This document shows, piece by piece, positions 1 to 35,400 of a stretch of DNA of 64,000 nucleotides. The stretch lies in the NCBI GenBank assembly GCA_977030845.1, contig OZ365115.1, positions 33,728,001 to 33,792,000 of the forward strand, written 5' to 3'. Position 1 is the first letter of the stretch. Each line of letters opens with the position of its first letter. The position numbers and the translations under genes are program-made. The notes beneath the pieces are model-generated. The model was given only the letters and a program-made list of their open reading frames with translations, ran no database searches and was not told the origin of the DNA. The DNA is from Fimbriosthenelais zetlandica. Its lineage: Eukaryota.

Positions 1-550
1 GTAAAATATTAAACTTATGGTATAATATTACATGGCTAAAAATGTCTACTATGAACGAGTAAGGCTTAGGCCTATTTGAGAAGGCCTATACCATGTAATA
101 AGAGATTTTATGCTTGAGAAAGACCTTCGGCATGTGTTTCAACCATGACCATTTTGTTTTTCCCAAAAGAGCATCCAACACCGAATCCAAGACTGTTAAG
201 GTAGAACAAATAATTCTGCATAAAATTAAATTTGCAGTGAGCCATATAGGGCCCAGTCGAAAATGAATTTGCCATGTCTAAAAATAGACCTGTAGCTAGT
301 AGGGTAAGGAGATATGGTCTAAGCGGCAAGGGCACGCTGATCATGGAAGCATGTCAATAAATATTTGAATTATCCATCACAATTTACTATTCTTTTTTTC
401 TATTCTATTCCATTTTTTTTCTATTTTTCAGATTTACCATGACCTGTAGAATGGTTGTCTCTTTCAGTTCTTTTTTGCTCCAGCAGGGTTTCGTTTCATA
501 ACTAATTGTAACTCCGTTACTCGAGTAGATTATATTTTGAAAAGGACTAT

Positions 551-1389
551 TCAGCCTTCTTCATAATGATCATAAAATTCACAAGGGATGTTTTTGTTCA
601 TGCTGTGCACTAAAACTTCCATTTTCAAAAGTTTAGGAATCTCAATGTCCGTCATGTTTGTTTGAGGATTCTCAGAGCTGTACACCTCGATGCAGCGATC
701 TAGGAGCTTGTAAACTGAAATGGAAATTAAAAGAATCATCAGGAGTTTTTTCTTTAAAAATGTTATTAAATTATTAATTTTAGTTTCATTCATGTAGGCT
801 TAATAGGTAAGATCTAGGCTAGTTAGGAAAAAGCCAATTACGGTATTGAATTGCTATTGAAGAGAATCAAGGTGAAATTTTAATAAAATAGTAGGCCTAA
901 TAATAATCCATAGGTCATTAAATTTAAACGCTCTATACCTAGGATTTAATTTATATTTTATTTAAAAGCTAGATCTACCGTGATATACCAAAGCCTGGTG
1001 GTATGGTAGGCCTAATTTATTTATTTTTTAAAATTATATGGGGGCCTACCTGGAATGTCAATGAAAATAATTTTGCGAGTATCTTCATCGGTCTCTTCAG
1101 GCATGAACACTTCACTTCCATTCGCATGTAGGACCACCCCCGTGTCTGCATCCCGGAAAATCCAGGGATGGGTGACAAATGTGTTGACATCATACTCTCC
1201 CCCTGCCTGAAGAGTCTTGTATTTGACTCTCTTCCCTCCGAAGTCAATCCAAAATAGGTCGACACGTCGGCGACTTCGGGACTTGAAAGTCACACAAGAC
1301 ATGTTGACAGAATTCAAGGAGCGTAAATCTGGTAGCTTTTCTTCTTCTTGCACATCTTCCTGTTCCTCTACCTCCTCCTCTTCTTCCAT
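551..1389 (-). CDS. VHL: von Hippel-Lindau tumour suppressor homolog (CUL2-ElonginBC substrate receptor), 2 exons, 167 aa
   Basis: Exons 1389-1050 and 714-551 with a GT..AG phase-1 junction giving IDIP-V-YKLLDRC. The beta domain LFWIDFGG..KY..NTFVTHPWIFRD keeps the equivalents of human W88, Y98, H115 and W117 (S111 is T). BC-box-like VYKLLDRCIEV; acidic N-terminus. Confidence 0.92.
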
Positions 1390-1707
1390 TTTGCAACGTA
1401 AACAAAAGATGAATGAACAAATTTTGACTGTCGGTGCTTTGACTGACTTGAGGAAATGGTGTTTGTTTTGTGTGTACTTGCGCTCTACGTCATCCGTTCT
1501 GGGGAAGTGTCGGAATCCCCCTCTCCCACTTGGTTTGGAGTTCCCCCAATGATGTTACGTCAGCAGATTCGGGGGAGTTCCCCCAAGTATTTGACGTCAT
1601 CAGTTTCGGGGGAGCACACGGAAGTTAGGATTTGGAGCCAAATATGAAAGATAGCAGTCCACATTTTTACGTTTAGAGGGCGACAAGTCAAAATCTACAC
1701 TGCCAAA
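1390..1707. promoter_or_regulatory. Bidirectional promoter between VHL and UBE2T
   Basis: 318 bp between divergent ATGs. Three ACGTCA-(N5-6)-TTC(T)GGGG(G)A units start at 1486, 1556 and 1593; GGGAGTTCCC at 1573-1582; ETS-type CGGAAGT at 1619-1625. Confidence 0.75.
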
Positions 1708-3483
<1,776 letters not shown>

Positions 3484-4259
3484 CTCGAAACTTGATGTGG
3501 TACACCTAATGTTAAGACAACTATGTGATAGAAAACTAACATATGTATAAAAAAAAAACTATTTTAACTTCCCTTCTATCATTCCAAAGGCTGGCATTGA
3601 GTGATCGGCTGTCGACATTTTTCTGAGGAAACTTTTTTTAGTTTTCTTCACCAATTTATGGGATTTTGATTTTGTTAATGTACCTTGATTGAACTTCTTT
3701 TTCATTGAAATGGTATGGATTTTCCTGTGGCTTTGAAATGGAAGAGTGACAGACTTATAATAGACAAGTGTGATGAGTCAATAAAAGTTGTGTAGGTGAT
3801 TTTTTGTAAATGATATTTGTGAAATATGTGGGTCCCGATTTTCGTATTGATGACCGGAGTTTTGAGGATTTATAGTTATTATTTCTCGGAATATGCCCAA
3901 ATAGAATCCAAATCGTAGCAAAGGTTTTTTTCTATTTATTGATAGGGTATATGTAATTACCTACTAAAAGTCGGAAAAGTTGAATAACTTTGGGTCTAAA
4001 ATTACAATTCAAACGGATTATTCTTAGTTGGGAGACCTGTCAGATGTCTATGTGGTTTTTGTTCCAATAAAATTCATTCAAAATTTCGGATTTTCAAAAT
4101 GGACTGAATTTTCTTCAATTAGCATTGGAGTCAATGGAAGGAGGCGCATGTGGCGACCCGAGATGCCGTAGCGGCGAAAACGTGAACTACTATGAGCAAG
4201 CCAACATGGTCTTTTTATGGTCTACTTTGGTATTGTAAATAGTATTCAGGCCTTAGTAC

Positions 4260-5075
4260 GATACCTTGTGATCTCCTGGCTGCGTCAGGATCGATGGCCG
4301 AAGTTAGCTGGTGGAGAGCTTGGGTTAGTGGTTGGGCCTAGTTAAAGAGAGCACATTATGTGATAAAGTGTCCAATTCAGTTTGGTAGTCCTTTGTAATA
4401 GGCCTAGTATCTGTGGACTTAGGCCTAGGTGGAGTCTCCTCCGTAGTACCTGTAGGCCTACTGGCTGTAGCTCCTTCCATGGATTCTCCGATACCGGTAT
4501 CCGTGTTTTTTGGGTCACTGTCGGAATCCGCACCCTCTTGAGGCTCTCATCTTGGGGATCCTCTAAATAGAGGCGCCAGTCCTCCTCTTTTACCTCCTAG
4601 GCTGACAGCCTTTTCTTTGGCCCTTTTTTGAAAGCGGCAAGTCTTTTCTCCTGGTTTGGTGTGGCTTAGGCCACAAACTTTGCATAATCCCACTGTGGAG
4701 AAAAATGGGTAGGTCAAGTAGGTCTGCTGGTCAGTAGGCCTAAGGTGTGTGCCCGAGTGTGCTCAGGCCAGGGTGGGTGACCACTGAGCACTGAGACTGG
4801 ACACTAGGTGGAGGGACCGGGCATTCCTTCCAATATATATATGGACAAGTAACATATAAAGTATATATATAGCCTGCATGAAACTGCCGGAATGAAAAGC
4901 CTCGCCTTCCAGCCGGGAGGGCAGGGGTCCGGGGGTCAAAATAATTATAAACATTGTGATCCAGTCTTGCACTCGGCAGATTGTAATAATGCGTGGGACA
5001 GGTAGACTGGAGGTAAAACACCCGCCTGGAACGCGAGCGGCCGGGGTTCGATTCTGCGTTGCTCACTTTCATTTT
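4260..5075 (-). mobile_element. Degraded retroelement remnant, possibly the gag-like ORF1 of a DIRS/Ngaro tyrosine-recombinase element
   Basis: The minus strand reads CKVCGLSHTKPGEKTC (Cx2Cx3Hx7C) at ~4665-4620. After frameshifts come EEDWRLYL and a Ser/Thr/Pro/acidic low-complexity stretch, then stops. GC-richer than the flanks. The family assignment is from recollection only. Confidence 0.4.
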
Positions 5076-5895
5076 TGGTATATATGATTTAAAAAAACAA
5101 ATTAAGTAATTCAGTTCGATTGATTTAATTTATTTAACTTTCATAGAACTGCAAAGAAAGAAATGCAAATAAATATACATCTTAAATGGATTCATATGGA
5201 TTTTATAAATATTATTTTCATATTTACTTTTTATAAGGAAATCTGTAGTCGTTATTGTATGATTTGTTTTCTTTTTGGCCCTTTATATTTTCATATGAAT
5301 CTCATGAACTAAATTTCACTTGAATATGATATTACATCATGGCTATACACTTCAAACTCTATCCATGTAAATGTAAATATTTGGCAAATAAGATTAAAAT
5401 AAAGTTAGCAAAGCAGTAAGTTATCAAACTCAAAACAAACATGTAAAATAATGATAGATAAGCACAAACCAAAACTGGACGGATTGACTGAATAAAATAA
5501 TAGTGAACCAAAAGCTGCCTAAACTAGAAGCTTTTCCACAAAGAGATTATAATACATTCATTCATATATAATATATGTCTTGTGTAAATCTAAATAAGAA
5601 AAATGTTTATATTGGCAAGAAACAACAAAATATTGTCAAAAATATGCATAAAATGTAAGATATAAAACTTAGGCTTCTGCGTTTCATGTATTTTGCTCAT
5701 TTAACTTAAATTTAGTTTTTAGTTCGTTGGTTAGTATAAAAGGTATTAGCATTCACCTTTAATGAAATATATTAGTTTTAATGAAGATAACATGCATCAA
5801 TCTAGTGAGGTTTTCATAACAAAAGATCAAAATTTGTATTTAATAATTTTCATAAAAAAAGTGTGTTGGGAGTGACTGTTCAGGAGATAATCTAG

Positions 5896-26180
<20,285 letters not shown>

Positions 26181-26770
26181 GTTTTCCAGACCAAAAATTG
26201 TTCCAAAATTGAGAATTCTGTCTCACTTAAGTCCCTTATTATTTATCTCACTCACAAAGGTATTTTGATTTGTTCTGTGGACGATTTTCCATTGAACGGA
26301 AAATCTGGTTTCAAGATAAGTCCCTTCAACACTTTGGAACAATATGGACTGATGAATGGACTTTTTGGAGATCCTTTAAAAATATTGATTAGTTATAGAT
26401 TCCTTTACCAAATAGAAGAGTTATTAATTGAGTTGTCAAATATGTCGCTTCCGAAGTCATTCCCAAATGGATGTATTTTGTTGTCAAATCCTTTCCAAAA
26501 ATCCTGTAAAAATGTTCTGCCACAACTAATGACAGATCCAGGGGAAAATCCAATATGAAACTTATTGTCACGGAAGAAACTTAATTATTAAAGTTTTATC
26601 CTTGTATAGGCCTAGTGATAAGTATTAAGTATATGGCTGTCTCTGCATGGGGAGAGAGACAATACATTTGATTATCATCCGGGACCTGCCATGCTTTATA
26701 TGCACCTGGGACCTGATTTTTTCGTCCTCTGATTTATGAACGCTGAAGTACAAATCAGAGTGAGTGAGGA

Positions 26771-26816
26771 GGGGGTGGGGGAGGGGGTGGGGGGAAGGGT
26801 TCGGTGGGGGGGGGGG
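26771..26816 (+). other. Potential G-quadruplex ~600 bp upstream of the RFX6 ATG
   Basis: G5-T-G5-A-G5-T-G6-AA-G3 followed by a further run of 11 G. Confidence 0.6.
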
Positions 26817-29019
26817 TAGAGATAAGGGGGATCATTCCTTCTGATAGGACACCTAGAACACGGGCGCCACTACGCGGCAGAATTAATCACAAACGTTTAC
26901 AATAGAATACTCAAACTTTGGAAGGGGAAACTATCTGGAACTCTGAGAAAGTTTTCACAGTAAATATTAAGTATGGAGGTGCAGGTTTCCTAATCGGAGT
27001 GAACCATGTGACACCTCAATTTCACATTCAACAACGACACCGAATTTCCACAGGAATATTTAACTTTTATTTCAGAAATATAGAAGCAAATTCCACACCC
27101 TCAGATTGACTTTATTAAGTAGAAACATTACTATATTACATGTACTTTTGCCATATCACATTATGTCACATTATAGCTGAAAGAAGTAATAATTATATAG
27201 CACCAACGAAAACCTTATACTTCAAAAATAGAATTTACAACAAAATCTCCAATTACCGTTTCAAGGTTATTGCAATCATAGGAATATAACCTATGGCTAC
27301 ATGCTAGACTTTCACAAATATATTAATGCTTATATTAATGCTTCTAACTATAGATGGAAATCGTTTTCTCCACATTTTCTTAAGCTAGGAACACAGTAAG
27401 AATAGTGACCATAATTATAAAAACAGTTTTCCATTTTTAATTCTTGATATTATTAGTGCAATCAACCGATAAAATATAACATCTGAATGCTAAAAAAAAT
27501 ATGGTCAGAAGAAATCTTTTTTCTAAAAACAGTAGAACCATGACCTTTAATGGAAACCATGGATACAACGTATTTAACAAGCCTTCAAATAGGCCTAACC
27601 TTTAGGATTTAAATTAGAAAAATATATTTTTTTAAAGATCACTCGAGATAAGTAATCCAACCCGCTGTAGATAATGCTTGCGTAGCTTTTTATAAGCAAC
27701 GAATCGCTATAGCAATTATTATAATTATAAGACAAATATATAAGACCAATACATTGGGGTTGTTGCATAATCATGTATGAATCAATTCCTGATTTTCAAT
27801 TGAACAGGTTGCAGAATCTGGCGAAAATCTATTTGGAGTGTCCACGTTCAGAAATAAGTCACATCCATTGTGTGAAACCTGTTTCAAAACCTGTTTCAAA
27901 ACGAACATTTGCTATAACATTGCTCATATTCCTTTCTGAAACAGGCCCCAGGCAGACGATAAAAAATGTCATATCTAAAACAAAGAAGGTAATTTCTTGA
28001 GGGGGCAAAACAAAGGTTGAAAAACAACATGGCGCTGTTACGACCAATTCACCAAAAATATGATCTTTACGCTCGTGTACGCTTCTTTTGGATTGCATAA
28101 TGCTTGCCAGATTCTCCAATATGGTTGCAGATGTGAAAAATAGGTTTTGCCAGTGCTTGTCAGATTATGCAACACCCACAATAACTGAGATCAATAAAAA
28201 AGCAAGGCGTAACGACCTAGTGGCATACTGCCCATGTAATATCATAGATTTATCTAATCAATTGATTTGCAGATCCCGACTCCAAAAATAATAGGATGTT
28301 ATGTGGCTATACTAGATCTAAAATATACAAGGTTTTTGTACAAAACTTATTATAATTGATGAGGAGCTGATCTCTAACAGTAATAAGTTAATCGAGTAAA
28401 CTCTAAAAGTAAAAAAAAAAATATGTACTAAGAAACAGGCTCCCTTTAAAGTGAATCTGTCACCGATCTTTCCTTGTACACAGCTACTCATTTCCTAGTA
28501 AATATTCTTTTCTTTTTAGAGTCTAATTTATCTCAATAATATTGAGAATATTTCATAATATACCTTCATATACCGCATTCTGATATATGAAGTTAATATT
28601 TACAATTTATTTTACAGAATTATAGTATTTTGATATGGAATTCTGGTATAAGAATATCCCATATTAATCTCTAAGCAAGATATGGAAACATTGCATACTT
28701 TTCTATAATGCACGAGTTTAACAATATTGATTTTTTGTCTATATTTGTACCAAAGCGCTAAAAACAGACCTCACCCCAAATGCAATAAAAAATGTCTCAA
28801 TACAAAATGAGATCTTTGTTATTTTATAACAAAAGCCGTACCCTCATTGAATATAAAATAATTTGATTTTCAAATAATATTGCTTGTCATTTGGCAACCT
28901 ATTTACACGTATAGCTATGCACTCAGTGGCCCGCCATTTGCAATAATAGAGGAAGGTACGGAGGACATATTCGGCTTGCCATACCTGCAATTGATCAGCC
29001 ACTGAGTGCATTTCTGCAG

Positions 29020-29320
29020 GCCTGTTGCAACAAATGTTGCAAAGTTGCAATTGACCAGCAATTGACTGCAAGTTTGCTGCTCAGTTGCTGGCCAAGTGCA
29101 ATAAAATGAATGTTGCAAAGTTGCAACTGACTAGCCAGAGTGCTTCTGCTGCTATGTTGCGGCATGGCCGGCATTGCACAGTGGCAACAGAAGAGATTGC
29201 AGAGCTGCGATTCGGCAGATAACTTTTGCTGATCAGATAATGGCAGTTGCAATTGACTGAATTGTATCAGCATTGACTGTATTTTAGCATAAATGTTGCA
29301 GTTGACTAGCAATTGTCTGT
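29020..29320. repeat. Degenerate repeat cluster downstream of the RASEF stop codon (probable 3' UTR)
   Basis: AATGTTGCAAAGTTGCAA(T/C)TGAC(C/T)AGC recurs near 29034 and 29110, with shorter GTTGCA(A/G)TTGAC variants to ~29315. Confidence 0.65.
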
Positions 29321-29447
29321 ATTTTTTTTTACTGCTCAAGAAGCAGTGAAGCCTAGGGCGTTTAATGTTCAGTTTCCAATATATTCGGCTCCTCAGTACG
29401 GCACTATTTTAAATAGAATTAGAAGCGTCTGAACCATATTGCTTACA

Positions 29448-32400
29448 TTATGTATTGCAGCAGCCGAAGCCTTTCTTGCTGGGACTGACTTTCAAGTCGT
29501 TTAGCTGCATGCCCACAGACTGCACTTCCAGATCCTCGTATGTCCTCAACATTCTAGAAAAAATCAAAATTTAAATTTATTAAAGGTTCAACTCAGTAGC
29601 AGATAATTATATGATAATTATGGAGAAAATATATTATTATTCAATGTATCAGTGAGCTTAAATCATCACTTTTTTAAATCTCAAACTGCAAATATCTGAC
29701 AATGTTGATTCTTGCCCATACCTGGCTAACTCGGTAACAGCTTCGACAACGTTAGCATTATCCTTGGCACTCGTTTCAATGAAGAGGGCTTCAAACTCCT
29801 TAGAAGAAAATAAAAAAACAAATTTGAGAAATATGTTACCTTTATGCAAAAAAAAGTATAAGTAGTCGATTATGTATGTAGTTTAAACAATTCTGAGGTG
29901 AATCTGTTTACCTTGGCCAGTCTCTGGCCGTCCTCTGTCTTGACCACCCTCCGCTGTTTCTTGGACTCGTCCTCCTGTATTTCTTCACGAAGATCTGTCT
30001 TGTTAGCACACATCATAATGGGAATCTTCTTCTGAGCACCATCCTGTAAATTAAATATTAATCATCATTATTTGTAATTAATTTAAATGGCGAAATTCAA
30101 CACATTAGTTTTCAAAAAATATTCCAAACTGACGTAAAAATTCCAGGAAGTTCGAGGAAAGAAGAAGGACTTCAGAAAAGCATGACTTAATATTTATGGA
30201 TCGTCTATATTCATACTATAAGTTCTTGGTCGATTCTGTGGTTTGTATGAAGAGAGAATGTTTTTATTAAATACAAGATTATAAATAGACCCACCTCCAC
30301 AGCATCGACCCACTCTCTGACGCTCAGGAACGACCTCTCATAGGTACAGTCATACAGCAACAAGACGCCATCTGCCCGCCGGAAGTAGGACTTGGCGATA
30401 GACCGGAACCTAGAAGAGAAGCAAACAAAACAATGTAAACATTCTAGGTAACTGGATACAATAATATTATATGTAAACATTGCCTTAAGTGACTCAATCT
30501 TTTTCTTATACAGATCTTTATAACTTGATTAACATCATTGCAGTCAACATATAACAAGATCAATGAATTTTGTTCTGAAACCTAATGATGAATTGTAAAA
30601 TGATTGCAATAATCCTTTACCTCTCCTGACCAGCAGTGTCCCAGAGCTGTAAAGCAATAACACGACCATCCACTTCGATGATTTTTGTTTGGAAATCAAC
30701 CCCTAGAAAATAATTTAATCATTATAGAATGGAACCCATTTTACTATTGAAAAATATCTTCCTTTAATGCCTATGATTCTTGGTTACCATCTAACTGCTT
30801 TAACAATTAAATTTCTATAAAAATGAGTTAGAAAATTGATTTGAAAATTGAAAATAAAATATGATGTTGCCCTTGGCAAGTCTATGAAAACTTACCTAGG
30901 GTAGAACTGATGTTATTAACAAACTTGTCCTTGCAGAGCCTCATTATAAAGCTAGACTTGCCAACGGCTGCGTCTCCAGCCAGTACAACCTTGTACATTC
31001 TCTCTGGGTCCTTGAGAATTGGCTTCTACAAAAGAAATAGTAATATATTATGAGGAGGGTCTGCAGGTGAAACGACCCAAAAAGGATTTACCTTGAACTA
31101 TATAAAACAAATAGGGTATAGAATCACGGTTTCTTTAGCCTTTGGTGAAAAGTTTATCATCACTAACATATTGAGTAATATCTAGGCTTACCTGTATTGT
31201 AACCACTCTACGTTTTGCGGCTGTTTGCCGTTTGTGGGAGCCACCCGAGCCACAGCTACATGTGGAGGTCCTACTACAGACAGACGCCGGCCTGTCACAT
31301 GACAGTAGTCCTCCATGCTGGCGATGACGGCCATAACAACCATCCTCCCCCTCCTCCTCCCTCTCCTCTTCCCCCTCCCCCTCTTCTTCCCCGTCCACCT
31401 GGTCTACTTCAGTGTCCATTTCATCCTGGGACTCAGACGGCACCTGAAATATAAATTTTTATTATTATTTTTGATTCATGAAGTTTAAATTTTATGTTAT
31501 TTTCTTCAGCAGATGAGCAGTCCCATAATTTGTCCATGGCTTTTATATCACTTTATTCGGAAGAACGTCCCATACCTTTTCCATGTCTATCCAAAACCAA
31601 AACATAGGTATTTCTATAGACCTAACCTGTTTCACTGGGTCTAGGGGCAAACACTTCCCATAGTAAATGGTTCATTTTGATATACTACTTACACCACCTT
31701 TCGCAAGGGGCAAACTAAAGATACCAGAGCACATTGCCTGATGTCCTATACTACTCAGGGGTTCTAAGTAGGCAAGTACATAACAAATGAAGTGAATCTT
31801 TGTTATGAAACATACCAAGGGGTTCCATAGAAAGATGTTCTCCATTTCTATGCTTAATTACTCATATAAGTAGTATACAAATAGGTAGTTTTAAACAAAG
31901 TAATTAGTATAATACCTATTTATGAACTACTTATGACTCACTAAATGCTATATCCACACCGGTTGTCTACGGTTCCTTACACAGATCTCAGTGATTTCAC
32001 TCTGCATAGTTATAAACAATAATATAGCACATAAATTGGTTATAATTTCTATTTAATGAGAGGAAAATCGGTATTATCGTAATAGTAATTGCGCTTTGAA
32101 TCCCTGCCCACATAATTAGCATTATCAAATAGAATTAATATAAAAGCTAAAATGAAGATGAAGGAATAGTCACCTCAGATTCTGTGGTGCTGGCGTAACC
32201 ACGGTTACGGTGGATACGGTTACGTTTACGTGGTATAGAGACGGCCATGTCCTCCTCCATAGACATGGGCTCATACTCCGAGTCCAGGTCCGGCAGGTCC
32301 CTCAAGGTGGAGTGACCACTGTCTGCACGACCAACAAAATACAATATGAAAATTAAATTAAAATCATATTAAAATTAAATTAATATTAAAAATTATTAAA

Positions 32401-35400
32401 ACTTTTGAGTATAGTATTAAATGCTATTATTCAAACTAAAAGTTATTAAAATTCATTAGAATGAAATTAACTAATTAGGATGAGTATAATAATACAATTT
32501 ATCATTAAAATTGAAAACTATGAAAATAAAGGTAAACAAAATTAATGCAATAAACGAAAATTAACAAAAAAGAATGAAAGGAAAGCAATTAGGAAATGGA
32601 AAGAAAAGACAATTTATAAACTATTTGAGAGGTAATTAGATCATAATCTTTGGGTTCTAAATCAAAATTTATTAACAAAACGTATGATAAAAAAGCTACC
32701 TAGGTCGTCTGGAATACTGTCCACCTCTACTGATTCTTGTGTAGGCAGTAAGCCAGGCCTGGATCGAGTCTCTAACGTCATCTGTAGCTCATCAGCTAGT
32801 GTCGCCCCCTGCACGCTCCTGAAACAACCACAAAAAACTGTCAACTGAACAAGTTCTACTTCAATGTCACCTTGCATTTACTACCAAAGAACAAATAAAG
32901 TGGATCAAAATTCAAAAAGCAATTGTCATGACAGCGGTTTTGTGACCCCACAAAAATGTCCTAACAAAAAACGCTGTTTGACATAGGATGGCAATGATGG
33001 TCAATAGTGACATATGAACAAACTAATGTTTTTTGTATTAGGCCTCCTTATATGAAAGGGTATACGCCACAGTGAAAACAGTACTCTAAAACTTATACAT
33101 GTAATTTACCATTCGATATCTCACTGTGATCATAAAAGTTTGTGCTGAAAATAATATAATAATGAAACAACATAAATAAAATATAAATTTTGATTTTAAT
33201 TACCTCGCATGCATTTGTCTTGATGAGTCGATGAAGTCGCTGACGAAGTCAACGTTTCTGAAGCGGTTAAATGACTGCCTCCTCGACTGGAAAAAAAGGC
33301 AGAGAGCCGATCAGATAAAAGTCACAAGTAAACTCTATAAATTTAGGGATTTATTGGTCAAGGCAGCAGCCATGTCTGGCATAGGTGATTGGAGAGATTG
33401 GCTAAATTGAAAATGTGTTCTATTGTTTGAGACCGACGGTAATATGAATTAAATCGCCATGTTTAAACTTATAATGGTGTTAAATTTATTCTTAAACTTA
33501 ATCACACACATTATATAAGGAATGTAAGAATTGTTAGTAGACAGATGTAGCATATTAGTCATACTCAAATGGGTATTCATTAATAATGTTAATACATATA
33601 ATTACTAAATGTATACGGTTTATAAGCTTTCAAGGGAAGTTCAATGAGTTCAAAGAACATACAAATTTATAATTATAATTATTTAGATAATTATCAATCA
33701 TAATTATAATTCGGGAGTGGGAGATTTTTTTGTTCAATGCATTTCAGTTGTTAGACATGCGGTTGTACTCTAGTGTTATTGTACTTAATGCTAACCACTA
33801 TTACACTATTACTATTACTCACACAATGGGATAGTCTGCATTTGGGTAATTGCTGAAAATATGTTACAAAATAAATAAAATTAAAAAGAAATATATATAC
33901 ATGTACTACAAGACCCAATTCAATGATGTTCACACTAGTTTTAGTGGCTGACTTTGGTCGTTATTGTTTGGGAATCGCTATCACTTTGGGGATAGATTAG
34001 AAAATTATTTTTAGGGTATAATTATTCCTTTAAGTAGCTTACCGTTAGATGTGATCGCTTTTGTGCCATTCTGGAACTGTCTAAAGCTGATCTGAGATCG
34101 TCATTTGTGTCATGTAACTTTTTATTAGCGTCCCTGAATCCAAACAAAAAATTCATGTATAATATCGACCAGATAGGGAAAGAATAGTTCCAACTGTATA
34201 GTGAAATATTTAGGTACTTGATAATTTAATGATAATTATATTTTGAGAAACTATTGACAATTTCAGTTATGATACTCACTGTAATAAGTGGACTTGTCGG
34301 GTAAGACTGTCCTGCTCTCTAATATAATCCATCAAGGTGTCTTTCTCACTGAAAATATCAATATTATTTGAGTTTTTAAACATCTTCAATAAAATAGGTT
34401 TTTTAACAACCTCCATGAAATGATGATGGAGAACAGCGGCAAATTAAAACAATTCCATTGTTTTCCTTTCATTGAAAAGAAAGCTATTTTTACACAATAA
34501 ATTGTTTTTAAAATTGAAAATATTGATAAAAGTGCATGACCTGAGACAAATTAAAGTAGAAGTGTATATTTTACCTCTCTAGTTCGTAGCATTTCTCGTC
34601 GTATTGTTGCCGGGAGGTGGCCGCCTCGCTCCGTGACAGTGCCAGGTTAGTCTGGGCGTCAGTAATGCAGGACTTTAACTGACGATTCTCACACAGTAAC
34701 TCATCTAGACGATGCTTGTGATCCTCAGCCGGCGAACTGGGCACACTCTCCTCATGTATCTTAAAAATTAGAGCGGCAAATGAGTACTCTAGCAATTTGA
34801 GAGGCAGATGAATACACTAGCAATTGAGATAACAATTGACTACTCTGTCAAATAAGTACTCTAGCAATTACAGAGGCAGATGAATACACTAGCAATTGAG
34901 ATAGCAATTGACTACTCTGTCAAATGAGTACTCTAGCAATTACAGAAGTAAATCTAGCTATTAGAGAGGCAACTAAGTACTCTAGCATCTGAAAAGGACC
35001 TACCTTTTGTAGCTTCCTGATATTTTTCGTCAGTTCTGCTATTTCATTTTCTAAATCTCGCCGTAATTCCTCCTTTTCAGATTCATGCTTTTCACGATCC
35101 TACAAATATCCAAATGAAGACAAATTTAAACTTTAGCAATTCAAATAAACTATTCCTTTGTTTCTTTGTTTAAATTTTTGTAATATTAAAATTATTCAAT
35201 TAATTCCACATTTCAAATTGTCTAGGAATATTGGCTTGGTTATACCTAAACTAATTAGCTTATGATTGAAAAAGAATTTCTACATTTTGCATAATATTTT
35301 CTAAAATGAATCTGCAGCCAAGTAGTTCCCTATGCGTGGAATTTCCTTAAAAACATGTGCACTACTTAAATAAAGTGGAGGATAAAACTTATTTTAATGA

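Noticed and set aside
108-344. 78-aa minus-strand ORF
   Set aside because: No recognisable homology or splice context; lies downstream of the VHL stop codon.
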